Positions 10,605-23,976 of a stretch of DNA of 64,000 nucleotides are shown here, one piece after another (the first letter of the stretch is position 1; the number at the start of each line of letters is the position of its first letter). The position numbers and the translations under genes are program-made. Under the pieces are notes generated by a model. It was not told where the DNA came from, did not search any database, and was given only the letters and a program-made list of their open reading frames with translations. The stretch is from positions 2,123,757 through 2,187,756 of the forward strand of contig OY969414.1 of assembly GCA_963699155.1 (NCBI GenBank). The letters run 5' to 3'. This stretch comes from an uncultured Chlamydiales bacterium (GTDB lineage: Bacteria > Chlamydiota > Chlamydiia > Chlamydiales > JAAKFR01).

Positions 10605-11414
10605 CTAGGTAGAATAGAACTCGAGGTCCCAGTGAGAGGGCAGATCGTGATGGGTGCGGATGTGGCTGAGGAGGGAGGGAATGAACTGGTTGAGGTCGGG
10701 ATAGGTGTAGCAGCCTGCCTGGGCGCTGTTGTAAAAGCTAAAAGCGGGGGTGGTGGGGTCGATTTCGAGAAGGAGCGAGTGGGCTTGAGTCGTATCATAG
10801 AGACGAATGAGAACCCAGGTGTGGCTGAGGGGTGTGAAGAGGTCGAGGAGCTGTTGTGGAAGGTTTTCCGATGATTCGAGTGAGACTTCATTGATGAAAC
10901 CTGTGGGCTCTAGCTGATCGAGGAGTTCGGCTTGCTTGTGCGCTTGGAATGTGGCACGAAAAATCTCGAGGGTTTCATAGCGGCGCACCACGTGATCGTT
11001 GAGGCTGGCCAGAGCTTTTTCTAAGCTAAGACCATTTTCACGGGCATGATTGAGCAAAGCGATGCATTGACCATGACAGTTCCCTAAGGAGAGCTTTTGA
11101 TTGACCGCCTTGCGAAGAGATTCTGAGGAGTTTAAGCCTTCTAACTTTTGGTAAGTGGTGGCGAGCTCCTTGAGAGAGTCAAATGAGCTCTCTTTTTGCC
11201 AGTGAGAGTTCTGAGAATGAGAATGGGCTTTAAAGCGATCGCGATTGTGCCAGTTCCAGCCGATGGCCTCGAATCTACCTTGGAAAAGAAGGCCGAGGAG
11301 CTGAATGATCTCTTGAACCGCTTCAACGATGCGTGTGGCTGCCCAATCGAGGGCAGACCACACGACTTCAAGAATCGAACAACATCCTTGCTTTGCAGCG
11401 AGAGGTTGGGCCAT
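10605..11414 (-). CDS. Hypothetical protein, possible YopT/C58-like cysteine protease
   Basis: GNCHG...AHSLLL...FSFYNS order and context resemble the C58 Cys/His/Asp motifs. Confidence 0.45.
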   Translation of the reverse strand: MAQPLAAKQGCCSILEVVWSALDWAATRIVEAVQEIIQLLGLLFQGRFEAIGWNWHNRDRFKAHSHSQNSHWQKESSFDSLKELATTYQKLEGLNSSESLRKAVNQKLSLGNCHGQCIALLNHARENGLSLEKALASLNDHVVRRYETLEIFRATFQAHKQAELLDQLEPTGFINEVSLESSENLPQQLLDLFTPLSHTWVLIRLYDTTQAHSLLLEIDPTTPAFSFYNSAQAGCYTYPDLNQFIPSLLSHIRTHHDLPSHWDLEFYST

Positions 11415-11416
11415 TC

Positions 11417-11749
11417 TTAGAGATTATCTTTGCATATGCAGCAGAGGGCAACGAGGCCGATGATCGCAAGGGCGATGACTGAAATGCTTAAGCCAAAGAA
11501 GACCTTACCGACGATTTCCAGTCCAGCAACACCAGTAGATGCTCCTACTGCCCAGCAGATAATAGAACCTAAGAAAATCGCAAGAGCGACGATCGCTGCA
11601 ATCTTCACTCCTTTATGCTCGTAGATAGCTGCATGTGAAGAGGGCACAATCTGACTCACATCATAGGCGCGCAGACGCCCCTTTTGAGCGCTCACGGGTG
11701 CGGATTCAAAAGTCGATGTTGGGTTATGGGAAATAGCAGAAGCTGCCAT
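11417..11749 (-). CDS. Inc-like small protein with a bilobed hydrophobic domain
   Basis: Ser/Thr-rich N-terminus, two adjacent TM helices, AAGGAG RBS. Confidence 0.6.
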   Translation of the reverse strand: MAASAISHNPTSTFESAPVSAQKGRLRAYDVSQIVPSSHAAIYEHKGVKIAAIVALAIFLGSIICWAVGASTGVAGLEIVGKVFFGLSISVIALAIIGLVALCCICKDNL

Positions 11750-11846
11750 AAATTCTCCTTTGTAACGGTTTTGGTTATAAATTTACACAATCTAAACAAA
11801 AAAGTCATTGCTAGAAAAATTTATTGAAGAGAAGTAGGATGCGGCC

Positions 11847-13217
11847 ATGAGGCGCACCTCCATCATTATCGTATTTATTATTTTATTTTCGGGATGTCGC
11901 TACTATCTTCCCGACCCTTGCTGCCCTTCACCACCTAGTGTCGGATCGATCAATCCCCCCATTGATCCAATAGTTCCCGATCCTTGCCAACCGCTCGCAT
12001 TATCCGATCTGATCGACATCGCCCTCCTCAATAGTCCCACAACGCGCAGCAGCTGGTTTCAAGCCAAGCAAGCGGCAGCGGAACTCGGTGTTGCTCGAGG
12101 CGACTATCTGCCCTCGATTTTTCTCCGAGGCTATTGGCTCAAAGATCAGATCCCCCAGCTCAGCTTCGACGACTGCATTCTTTTTCGCGAAAGAGATTTG
12201 GGCTTTCAGATCAGCACCTCCTACCTCCTCTTTGACTTTGGAGGGCGCAATGGCAATCTGCTAGCTTCAACGGCTGCACTGAATAGCCTCTGCTGGCAAT
12301 ACAATTGGCAGATCCAGAACGTGATGATCGGTGTGATCCAAAGTTATTATAACAGCTGTAATGCTTTGGGAAATCTCGCCGCAATTGAGGCAAGTGTCTC
12401 TGATAATTTGAGAACGGTAGAAGCAGCGGGAGCACTGCGGGGAACAGGAGTTGTCACGCTCGCCGACGAGTTGCAGGCCAAAACAAGTTTGATTCAGTCC
12501 CAAATCTTGCTCGAGCAGCAAAAGGCCATCCTCCATATAGCGAGAGCCACATTGGTCCGCTCTCTTGGACTTTCGCCTGAGATCCCGCTCTGCCCTCTCG
12601 ATCTTCCTGAAACCATCGCTGCCGATGCCATCTGTGAGGATATGGAGCGCATCCTCCAGCTAGCAAACGTGCAGAGAGCCGATTTAAAAGCGATGCGGGC
12701 TACCATTTTAGAGAACCGCTTTCTCATCAAGTCGGCTAAATCAGCTCTCCTGCCTACCCTATCGACCGATCTCTCCTATGGAAAAGATAAAATCAATGAG
12801 CATGCTTTCTTAGATGGCTACCTGGTTCGATTCAATCTCAATATTCCCCTCTTCAACTCTTTTGCCGATATCAATCAACTGAGAGCTGCCCAAGCGGCCC
12901 TTTTACAATCCCAAGCCGATCTCGAAGATGAAGAGCTCTCTGCCTATCTGGCCGTTCTCTCCGATTACTATGAGCTCGCTGCCAATCGACAGATCCTCAA
13001 ACACAGTTATGTTTATCTTGAAATCGCCAGCGAGAACCAAACCGTCGCCTTTGCCAACTACCAGACAGGAGTCGCGACAATCATGGATCTCATGACAGCC
13101 AACCAAGCACTCTATCTGGCTCGCCAACAACTGGTCGACGCCAAAACCAATTTCTTAGCCTCTCTGGCCAATTTCGCCTTTGATACGGGGTGCATCACCC
13201 AATGGAGTTCACCATGA
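11847..13217 (+). CDS. TolC-family outer-membrane efflux lipoprotein
   Basis: Lipobox FSGC; two OEP-type repeats (ALLNSP...SYLLFDFG; LNIPLF). Confidence 0.88.
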   Translation: MRRTSIIIVFIILFSGCRYYLPDPCCPSPPSVGSINPPIDPIVPDPCQPLALSDLIDIALLNSPTTRSSWFQAKQAAAELGVARGDYLPSIFLRGYWLKDQIPQLSFDDCILFRERDLGFQISTSYLLFDFGGRNGNLLASTAALNSLCWQYNWQIQNVMIGVIQSYYNSCNALGNLAAIEASVSDNLRTVEAAGALRGTGVVTLADELQAKTSLIQSQILLEQQKAILHIARATLVRSLGLSPEIPLCPLDLPETIAADAICEDMERILQLANVQRADLKAMRATILENRFLIKSAKSALLPTLSTDLSYGKDKINEHAFLDGYLVRFNLNIPLFNSFADINQLRAAQAALLQSQADLEDEELSAYLAVLSDYYELAANRQILKHSYVYLEIASENQTVAFANYQTGVATIMDLMTANQALYLARQQLVDAKTNFLASLANFAFDTGCITQWSSP

Positions 13218-14008
13218 AAAAAGCATTCATTCTAATAATGACGGCCGTTTTTCTGCCCTGTTGTAAGCAAGATCCCTCCCCAATAGAGGGAAAAGGGCTT
13301 TTGATGGCCAGCCACCATGTCGAGATTAAAGCGCAGGTAAAAGGGACCATCACTGAAATGCTCTTCCAGGCAGGTGAAAAAGTAGAGCAGGGAGAACACC
13401 TGATGACGATCGACCCCCGTCTCTATGAAGCGGAGGTGCATGTCGCTCAAGGAAAAGTGCATGAGGACCTCGCCAAACTACGTTATGCGACCGATTATGC
13501 CGATCGTTATGGGCAGCTCGTGAATAAGGATTACGTCTCACGCCTCGCTTATGCGGAAGGGATCCAAAATGTGGATGCCGCACGAGCTATCGTTGATACC
13601 GACCTTGCCACTCTGAAACAGGCAGAAATTCACTTAGAATTTACCCAACTGCGAGCCCCTTTTACAGGCTATATTGGAGGCAGAAATTGCGAGATAGGGA
13701 GTTTCATCGACCCTGACGTCGATGATGTTGTGCTCGCCACGATCGATCAAATCGATCCCCTCACCGTCCAATTTACGCTCCCTTGCGCCCATCTAGATAA
13801 AATTCGAGCGAAACAGAGGGAGGGTCCACTTTCTCTCAAAGTATTCCTGCCGCACAATCACAAACATCCTCTGTTGGGCAAATTAGACTATATCGATACG
13901 AGCATCGATACTAAAACAGGGATGTGCACTCTCTATGGAACTCTTGTGAATAGCGAAGAGAAGGGGTGGCCTGGCCAATCGGTCACTGTTGTTTTAGATT
14001 TGGAATGA
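13214..14008 (+). CDS. RND efflux periplasmic adaptor (MFP), short form
   Basis: IKAQVKG, IDPRLYEA, LRAPFTG, IDTKTG and WPGQ motifs; ATGA overlap with the tolC-like gene. Confidence 0.88.
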   Translation: MKKAFILIMTAVFLPCCKQDPSPIEGKGLLMASHHVEIKAQVKGTITEMLFQAGEKVEQGEHLMTIDPRLYEAEVHVAQGKVHEDLAKLRYATDYADRYGQLVNKDYVSRLAYAEGIQNVDAARAIVDTDLATLKQAEIHLEFTQLRAPFTGYIGGRNCEIGSFIDPDVDDVVLATIDQIDPLTVQFTLPCAHLDKIRAKQREGPLSLKVFLPHNHKHPLLGKLDYIDTSIDTKTGMCTLYGTLVNSEEKGWPGQSVTVVLDLE

Positions 14009-14038
14009 AAAAAAAATTATGATAACAGCATCAATACA

Positions 14039-14260
14039 ATGGAGAAAAAGCCATCCTCATCCCTCCCCCAGATTGGGGCGTTAGTGACAATTCCTTTTGT
14101 TCTGCTTGTCCCAACGATATTGGGGTGGTGGATTGGAAGATGGCTCGATAAAAAGTGGGGGACAGCGCCCTATCTGATGTATCTCTTACTGATCCTAGGC
14201 TTTGTTGCAGGCGGCATCGAATGCTACCGCCTGGTAAAGGAGTTTGGAAATGAAGAATAA
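14039..14260 (+). CDS. atpZ: AtpZ/AtpI-family small membrane protein
   Basis: GWWIGRWLDKKWGTAP motif; first gene of the atp operon. Confidence 0.8.
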   Translation: MEKKPSSSLPQIGALVTIPFVLLVPTILGWWIGRWLDKKWGTAPYLMYLLLILGFVAGGIECYRLVKEFGNEE

Positions 14261-14603
14261 GTTTGTTAAAAGAGTGATCCTGGGGACCCTCTTGGCTGCA
14301 GCTCCAATGGGTGCTCTCTTCGGGAAGGCTGGCCTCGCCATCTTCGCCGGAGCTCTCTGGGGATCTGCAAATCTCTTTCTGTTGAAGCTACTTGTTCAAA
14401 AAATGGTGCTCCCTGGAAAGAAGGATCTCTTGCGCATCGCCCTTTTAGCTCTGCTCAAATGCCCCCTGCTTTATGGAGCTGGCTATTTTCTCCTGAAAAT
14501 TCCTCAATTTCCCCCTGTTTATCTCTTTCTCGGCTTCTCCCTTCTATTTGTGATGATGGGATTGATGAGCTTTAAAGTGACCCTCTTAAAGCGAGTCCCA
14601 TGA
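14250..14603 (+). CDS. atpI: ATP synthase protein I
   Basis: Four-TM protein between atpZ and atpB. Confidence 0.7.
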   Translation: MKNKFVKRVILGTLLAAAPMGALFGKAGLAIFAGALWGSANLFLLKLLVQKMVLPGKKDLLRIALLALLKCPLLYGAGYFLLKIPQFPPVYLFLGFSLLFVMMGLMSFKVTLLKRVP

Positions 14604-15370
14604 GCCGGGAAACACCAGAACTACCCAACTTTATCCAACTGATCTATAACAACAATCCCACACATCCTTGGGCTCTCTGGATGCATGAGTGGGAGGATCT
14701 TCTCTTTTCGTTGATCGTCGGTGTGGGGCTGGTCATCATTTTTTATTTGTGCCTGAGGAAAAGGGCCTTAATTCCCCACGGCTTTCAGAATCTGATAGAA
14801 CATCTCCTCGAAAATTTCCAACAGCTGATCGACGGCGTTTTGGGCTCTGAAGGAAAAAAGCATCTTCCTTTTTTAGGAACCCTCTTTTTCTATATTCTCG
14901 GGATGAATTGGATCGGTATCCTCCCTCTGATGAAATCGCCCTCCTCAAGTGTCAATGCCACGGCGGCTCTTGCAATCACAGTCTTTTGCTATGTCCAATT
15001 CCTTAACATTAAGAATTTGGGGGTTTTCGGCTTTCTCTACCATTTAGCCGGCTCCCCCAAGGGAGCTGCCGGCTGGATGCTCGTCCCTCTGATTTTTCCC
15101 ATCGAACTGCTGACACAGCTTTCTAGGCCCATCACTCTGGCGCTGCGACTCTTCGGCAATATCTTTGGAGAGCATATTCTCTTGGCTGTCTTCGCCGTGC
15201 TGGGAGTCATCACGATTGCCCTCACTGCAATAGAGATCGCCCTCCCCTTTCAGATCCCTTTTCTATTTCTTGCCCTTTTGACCGGTTTAATGCAGGCTCT
15301 GGTTTTTACGATGCTGACCACGGTCTACATCCTGCTCTCTTTTCCGCATCGCAAGGAGAATCATTCATAA
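14600..15370 (+). CDS. atpB: F0 subunit a
   Basis: RPITLALRLFGNIFGEH and QALVFTMLT motifs. Confidence 0.96.
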   Translation: MSRETPELPNFIQLIYNNNPTHPWALWMHEWEDLLFSLIVGVGLVIIFYLCLRKRALIPHGFQNLIEHLLENFQQLIDGVLGSEGKKHLPFLGTLFFYILGMNWIGILPLMKSPSSSVNATAALAITVFCYVQFLNIKNLGVFGFLYHLAGSPKGAAGWMLVPLIFPIELLTQLSRPITLALRLFGNIFGEHILLAVFAVLGVITIALTAIEIALPFQIPFLFLALLTGLMQALVFTMLTTVYILLSFPHRKENHS

Positions 15371-15385
15371 ATGGAGAAATGATCT

Positions 15386-15637
15386 ATGCTTTTTCTTCTG
15401 CAACTCACAATCGGCCCCGTGCTAGCCCTTTCGGCCCCTTTGGCGATTGGTCTAGCCGCGCTCGGCTCCGGAATCGGCTTGGGGCGCGCTGTCGGTAGTG
15501 CCATGGAGGCGATTGGGCGGCAGCCCGAAGCTTCGGCGAAGATCTTAACCAGTATGATCATCGGAGCGGCACTGATCGAGGCGTTGACGATTTACACCTT
15601 GATCGTCTTCTTCCTGGTCTTTGAAAAAATCACTTAA
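15386..15637 (+). CDS. atpE: F0 subunit c (probably H+-coupled)
   Basis: GxGxGxG stretch, RQPE loop, IEALTIY with the carboxylate. Confidence 0.96.
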   Translation: MLFLLQLTIGPVLALSAPLAIGLAALGSGIGLGRAVGSAMEAIGRQPEASAKILTSMIIGAALIEALTIYTLIVFFLVFEKIT

Positions 15638-15645
15638 GAGGCCGC

Positions 15646-16137
15646 ATGGAGCTGGAATTTGGTCTTGTCATCTCACAGATTCTCGCTTTTTTGGTTCTTC
15701 TATGGATCATGAAGAAACTTGCTTGGAAACCCTTCTTAGCCACATTAGAGGCTCGCCGAACAAAGATCGAAGAGCAATTCAGTAGCTTAGATAAGCGAGA
15801 AAAAGATTTAGATCAGATGATTGCCGATTACCGTCAGCAGCTTGCCCAGATCGAAGAGACGGCCCGTTTGAAAATGGCTGAAACAGTCGCAGAAGGGCAA
15901 AAATTGACCCAACGCATCCAAGAAGAGGCACATGCTCAAGCCCGCTCTCTTCTCGAAAGAGCTAAGATGGAGATGAATCGAGAGGTGGAAAAGGTGCAAA
16001 AGGAGTTGAAAGAGCAGATGGTCCGAGTGGTGATTGGCGCCACAGAAAAGTTACTTAATCAAAAAATAGATCCGGCAGAGGAACAGCAGCGCATCACTCA
16101 ATTTTTAGAAGAGGTGCAGCTGCGTGAGCCTCGCTGA
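15646..16137 (+). CDS. atpF: F0 subunit b
   Basis: N-terminal TM, AWKP..LEARR, coiled coil. Confidence 0.93.
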   Translation: MELEFGLVISQILAFLVLLWIMKKLAWKPFLATLEARRTKIEEQFSSLDKREKDLDQMIADYRQQLAQIEETARLKMAETVAEGQKLTQRIQEEAHAQARSLLERAKMEMNREVEKVQKELKEQMVRVVIGATEKLLNQKIDPAEEQQRITQFLEEVQLREPR

Positions 16138-16615
16138 CCCTTATGCCAAAGCCCTTTTTGAAAAGGAAGCGAGCGAGAAGATCGACTCTTTACTCGAAGG
16201 ATGCGCACGACTGATGAAAGAATCGCCTCTCTTTATCCCCTTTTTTGACCATCCTGAAGTGAGCCTCGATGCAAAAGAGAAGATGCTCCAAGAGATTTTC
16301 CAGAACTCAACGATCGTGCGCTTCTTCCTTTTATTATTGGTTAATCATCGCTTTCAACAGCTCCCCGAAATTTCTCTCAAATACCATCAACTGCTCCTTC
16401 AGAAGGAAGGAGAGGTGGAAATTCAAGTGGTCTCCGCCATTCCCCTCAGCAGGTCGATTGAGAAGCAGCTTCAGATGCGCTTTCAAAAAAAATGCAGGCT
16501 TAAAATGAGGGTCGATCCTGACATTCTGGGAGGGCTGATTCTCATTGTGGGGAATGATATTCTTGATTATAGCTTAAAAGGTCGTCTAGAGGGTTTAAAA
16601 AGGGCATGCTGCTGA
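16124..16615 (+). CDS. atpH: F1 subunit delta
   Basis: [29 protein letters not shown]. Confidence 0.92.
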   Translation: MSLADPYAKALFEKEASEKIDSLLEGCARLMKESPLFIPFFDHPEVSLDAKEKMLQEIFQNSTIVRFFLLLLVNHRFQQLPEISLKYHQLLLQKEGEVEIQVVSAIPLSRSIEKQLQMRFQKKCRLKMRVDPDILGGLILIVGNDILDYSLKGRLEGLKRACC

Positions 16616-18115
16616 AACCTGAAGAAGTCTCCTGGCTACTCGCTAAGAAGATCGAAGAATATCATGAGGAGTTCAAGCTCGAGCCATTTGGTAGAGTGCT
16701 GCGAGTGGGAGATGGCATTGCTAGAGTCTATGGCCTCGACGAGGTAATGATGTCGGAGCTGGTCTCTTTCTCCAATGGGACCCTCGGCATGGTCCTCAAT
16801 CTAGAAAGCGAACATGTCGGTGTAATCCTGCTAGGCCCTGACACGGGCATCAAAGAGCATGACCTCGTGAAGAGGACGGGTAAAATTATTTCGATCCCGG
16901 TAGGTGAAGCGCTCTTAGGACGCGTTGTCAACCCTTTAGGTATTCCTTTAGATGGAAAAGGAGAGATTGAAACGAGCGAATTCAGGCTGCTTGAATCTCC
17001 CGCTCCCAATGTGATCGAGCGTGAACCTGTTCATGAGCCGATCGCCACAGGGATTAAAGCGATCGATGCGATGATACCGATCGGAAAAGGTCAGAGAGAG
17101 CTGATCATCGGGGATCGTCAGACAGGCAAGACGACGCTCATTCTGGACACCATCATCAATCAGAAAAATCGGGGGATGCACTGCATCTATGTGGCGATTG
17201 GGCAGCGCGCAGGAACTATCTTGCAGGTCATCCAGATCTTAGAAGAGCATGGTGCGATGGAACATACCACTATTGTGGCTGCGACTGCCTCAGATCCTGC
17301 CCCTCTCCAATATATCGCTCCCTATGCAGGTACTGCCATGGGAGAATATTTCATGACAAAGGGAAAACATGCACTCTGCTTCTTCGATGATTTGACTAAA
17401 CATGCGATCAGCTATCGTCAGCTCTCGCTCCTGCTGAGGCGCCCTGCAGGGCGAGAAGCCTATCCAGGGGATATTTTCTATCTCCACTCCCGCCTGCTCG
17501 AGCGGGCAGCCAAACTCCACCGTGATCGTGGAGGGGGCTCATTGACAGCGATCCCTGTGATTGAAACCCAGGCGAATGACCTGACGACCTACATCCCCAC
17601 CAATGTCATCTCCATCACCGATGGACAGATCTTCTTGGAAACTGATCTTTTCCACGCCGGAATCCGTCCTGCGATCAACGTCGGGGTCTCTGTCTCACGG
17701 GTCGGCGGAAAGGCGCAGCCCAAGGCGATGAAAAAGATTGCCGGTACCCTCAGGCTAGATCTCGCACAATTCCTGGAACTCTCGGCCTTTGCCCAATTCC
17801 GCTCCGAGCTCGATGAGGCCACGCAAGGACAGCTGACGCGCGGTGAGCGGCTTCGCGCACTATTAAATCAAGAACGCTTCTCCCCAATCTCGATGGAAAA
17901 CCAGGTGATGATCATCTACATCGGCACCAAAGGGCTTCTCGACACGATTCCTCTCGATCAGATTGCTCTCTTTGAAAAGGAGTTCATTCCCTTCATGGAA
18001 CAAAACTATAGCCAGATTCCCGAGAAGATCCGCACCACAGAGGATCTCGATAAGCAGACAGCGAGTCAGCTAGAAGAGGCAGCATTGATCTTTAAACAAG
18101 AGTTTTTGGGGCGAC

Positions 18116-18141
<26 letters not shown>
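16606..18141 (+). CDS. atpA: F1 subunit alpha
   Basis: GDRQTGKT and [20 protein letters not shown]. Confidence 0.98.
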
Positions 18142-20521
<2,380 letters not shown>

Positions 20522-20551
<30 letters not shown>

Positions 20552-21580
20552 CGCAGCGCCCAGATAATTGGTCTTTTCGACTTTGAAATGGGGATAGACA
20601 CCGTTGGTCAATGCCCTTGCTAAAGCAGGCGGAAACTCCTCTCCCGGCTTTAAATGGCAGATCCGCACAGTGGGTACTGTGCTCGCATTCAAAGCTTCGA
20701 CGATTTTGTTCATCTGCCCCAGCAGCTCCCATTTTGTAGTTGCCAAACAGAGCTCTTTAAGCGAATGACTGCCCCTAATGGCTTTGTCAACCTGATCCAC
20801 TAGCTCATCAGAAAATGGTTCATAAAATTCCAAATGGAGTTTCTCAGGGGTGAGCCTGCACTCCGCCAAGAGCCTTAAACTGCACTCCAGAAAAGCAGGC
20901 CAAATTTTTCGACTACTATCCTGGCATAAGAAGAGCTGGTTTTCGTCAAAGGGAAGTTGCTTCCCATGCGCGAGAATGATCTCCTCCATCAGTAGAGGAT
21001 CCTTCTCAAAAGGATAGCTTGAACCCAAATTCATAAAGGTATTGATAGACAATCCCAAGAAAGTGGCAGCAATAGCCACTCGCATCATGTAGAGCGTCCA
21101 CTGATCTCTCTCCCCGGATTGAGTCGCCGCCTCGTACATGTTTTTAATGCCTTCTTTTCGACTAGGCTCCCAATTTCTGGCCATCAACCCTTTATATATC
21201 TCTTCCAGTAACTTGTAATTTTCTTCCAACGAAGGAGGCTCAGTCGGAATGATTTTTGTGACCACTGGATCAACCTCAGGCGCCACTACCGGACTCGCCC
21301 CAGTCGCTTGCCCCACTGCGCTTATCGACACCTCCGACCTCTTCTCTCTCACTCTTTGAACCAGTGCCATCACGCCTGCTCCTAAGACCAAAACTCCGCC
21401 CCCAGCATAGAGCGAATAGGAGACAATCGCATTCCAACCCTGTACGTGAAACAGCGTGGCTACTCCCAATCCAATCAGACCCAAGACAAAGGTTGTAATC
21501 TTCACCCCAGTGAGAGCGCAGTCACCCCTGCCCTCTACCCTTATCGGATTCTCACCACCACTTCGAACTGCTGCTGCCAT
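20522..21580 (-). CDS. Hypothetical Inc-like protein (N-terminal bilobed hydrophobic domain, soluble C-terminal domain)
   Basis: ATG 21580 with a GGAAGGA RBS; two adjacent TM helices. Confidence 0.6.
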
Positions 21581-21742
21581 ATTCCTTCCCTCATTAAAAA
21601 AAACTATTTTACCACACTTCACCCCTAAATTCAAACCACTTAAATAATTTATTCACAGCTCCTCGTTTTTCCTCTCGCTATAGATAACATTGAGTCGGGC
21701 AGTGGCATGGGCACGCTCACGGGCACGAAAGGGAAGGTGGCG

Positions 21743-23056
21743 TTATTTAATGAAACGATTCCAGGTGCCGTAGGTTTGGAAGATTTTGCCGCGGGGAATG
21801 CTGGCGAGGATGAGGAGGATTCCCCAGAAGATGTGAAAGACTGGTTGGTCGTTGGGTGTTTTGATGAGGATGAGGTTGAAGGCGATGACCCAGAGGGCGA
21901 AGAGGATATTGAGGAAGCGGATGGCGCGGAAGGTCTCGGCCATGGCGATGATGGAAAAGGTGGCGACAAGGGCGCCGACAATGTGATTGCTATCGGCTTC
22001 GATGGGGGTGATGTTGAGGTAGGAGGGGGAAAACATGAGAAGTCCGCCGAGGAAGAATGCGATTATGAGATTCCAAGGAATGTTGACTCCCCAACACATC
22101 GCTTCGATATTTTTTTTCCAAAGGGCATTTATGGGTGGTGATCGGGTGTCGAGAGGCCCTTCGGGGTAGGTCCCTCCTTTCCAGAAGATCTTCCAGAGGG
22201 GTCCTCTGTTTTGGAATACAGAGAATAGGTATTGGCAGACAGCCACCATCTCATCGACGGTAAGAGCGATCATGATCAGCATGCAGACAGCAGTGAGGAG
22301 GCACCAGGTACACCAGGAGCCGACGATTAGCGGCTGCAGCATGATGAGGAGGATGCTGACAAAACCAGCGGGAACTACCATGATTGCGAAAAGAAGCACA
22401 ATCCAGGGCATGGTATACCAGCGGCGAGTGCTCCCTTTAAAGCCTAACAAGACCTCCATGGTGTAGACGAAAGCACCGAGCCCCGCATCTGAAATGGGGA
22501 AGCTTTGGGAGAGCTTTGAAGTGACGACGTTTTTGGTGCCGTTCACGAAGATCGGATCCCAAATAGAATGGATGTATCCCAATTGGTAAGCAGCCATGTA
22601 GCGGGCTGTCATCCAGGCTAGAAAGGCCATCAAAATAACCGGTAAGCGTTGATTCCAGGAAGAGGGATTGTAGGACCAGCCAGGGGGAATTTCGCCACCT
22701 GTCGCTTCGGCACCCCCGGGCGTTCCCGGAATGACGAGAGCCAAGAGAATGAGTATCGCACCGCATCCAATATCGTTCAGATAGGCAACTCCATTTGGGG
22801 CCCAGAAGAAAAGAGGGGCAAGTTGGAGCCAAACGCCGATAAGACAGAGGATCCAAGGAGCCCATGTCCGCTTGAAGGAGAGGGCCAAGAGGCTGAGTAA
22901 CATGATGAGCAAGCCACAAACGATATCGTTGATACTGACCTTTTGGGAGTTGAGATCGAAAGTGGCTGGGGTCACGAGCAGCCAGAACCCAATGCCAAAC
23001 ATGATATAGCGGGTCCATAAGAAGCGGGTGTGGATCTGGCGGGCAGCTGTTTCCAT
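21743..23056 (-). CDS. Vitamin K epoxide reductase-family membrane protein with SPW-type repeats
   Basis: PPGWSYNPSSW, SDAGLG and WCTWC (CxxC); start set to ATG 23056. Confidence 0.8.
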   Translation of the reverse strand: METAARQIHTRFLWTRYIMFGIGFWLLVTPATFDLNSQKVSINDIVCGLLIMLLSLLALSFKRTWAPWILCLIGVWLQLAPLFFWAPNGVAYLNDIGCGAILILLALVIPGTPGGAEATGGEIPPGWSYNPSSWNQRLPVILMAFLAWMTARYMAAYQLGYIHSIWDPIFVNGTKNVVTSKLSQSFPISDAGLGAFVYTMEVLLGFKGSTRRWYTMPWIVLLFAIMVVPAGFVSILLIMLQPLIVGSWCTWCLLTAVCMLIMIALTVDEMVAVCQYLFSVFQNRGPLWKIFWKGGTYPEGPLDTRSPPINALWKKNIEAMCWGVNIPWNLIIAFFLGGLLMFSPSYLNITPIEADSNHIVGALVATFSIIAMAETFRAIRFLNILFALWVIAFNLILIKTPNDQPVFHIFWGILLILASIPRGKIFQTYGTWNRFIK

Positions 23057-23973
23057 TATTTCTCTTTTTTCCTCTCTTTTTTCTTTATCAAGATTGATGC
23101 CAAAATGGTCAGAAAAAGGATCAATAGTACAATCGAGAGTGAAATTAGGGGGGAAAGTTTGATCCAATCAGAGGCGACCATTTTCAAGCCGACAAAGATG
23201 AGAATGGCTGAAATGCCATACTGGAGAAAGTGAAAGAGGACTAAAAAGTTGGCGAGCAAGAAAAAGAGAGCCCTGAGGCCCAAAACAGCAAAGATATTTG
23301 AGGTGATCACGAGGAAAGGATCATAGGTGATCGCAAAGATGGCTGGTATCGAGTCTATAGCAAAGAGAATATCGCTCGATTCGATCGCGATGAGGACTAA
23401 AAAGAGAGGTGTGATGAGAAAGCGCCCCTTTTGAATGACCCAAAAGTGGTCATTTACATAATGAGGCGTCATCGGCAAGAAGGAGCGGATCATGCGAATG
23501 ATGAAGTTTTTTTCTGGATGGACCTCTGGCTTTTTTTGAAAGAGCCACTTGAGGCCTATAAGAATGAGAAAGAGGCCGAAAATATAGATGATGATGTGAA
23601 AGTGGTTCACCGCTGCTAAGCCGACCAAGATGAATAGGACTCTAAAGAAAATGGCTCCTAATATCCCCCAAAAGAGAACAGGTTGCATCTGAGGCGGTGG
23701 GGTTTGAAAATAGTGAAAGATCAGAAGGAAAACGAAGAGATTATCGACGCTGAGCGTCTTCTCAATGAGGTAACCGGTCAAAAAATTGATTCCGGCCTCC
23801 TGACCCATGATTACATAGACGTAGCCTCCAAAGAGAAGTGCAAAGAGGATTCCCAGGCCACTCATCAGAGCCGCCTCTTTGATCCCTAACACTTTCCCCT
23901 TCTTATGAAAGAAAAATAGGTCAAGGATCAGAAGGATGACGATCAAAGCAATAAAAACAATCCAGCGCTGCAT
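23056..23973 (-). CDS. TerC/Alx-family membrane protein
   Basis: GYLIEKTLSVDNLFVF, LFWGILGA, DILFAIDSIPA, SNIFAVLGLRAL. Confidence 0.93.
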   Translation of the reverse strand: MQRWIVFIALIVILLILDLFFFHKKGKVLGIKEAALMSGLGILFALLFGGYVYVIMGQEAGINFLTGYLIEKTLSVDNLFVFLLIFHYFQTPPPQMQPVLFWGILGAIFFRVLFILVGLAAVNHFHIIIYIFGLFLILIGLKWLFQKKPEVHPEKNFIIRMIRSFLPMTPHYVNDHFWVIQKGRFLITPLFLVLIAIESSDILFAIDSIPAIFAITYDPFLVITSNIFAVLGLRALFFLLANFLVLFHFLQYGISAILIFVGLKMVASDWIKLSPLISLSIVLLILFLTILASILIKKKERKKEK

Positions 23974-23976
23974 TCT

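Noticed and set aside
21707..22141. Acidic 144-aa ORF on the plus strand (similarly 4411-4779, 40314-40625, 52589-52798)
   Set aside because: Antisense shadows of real genes, produced by the C-rich codon bias at those genes' 3' ends
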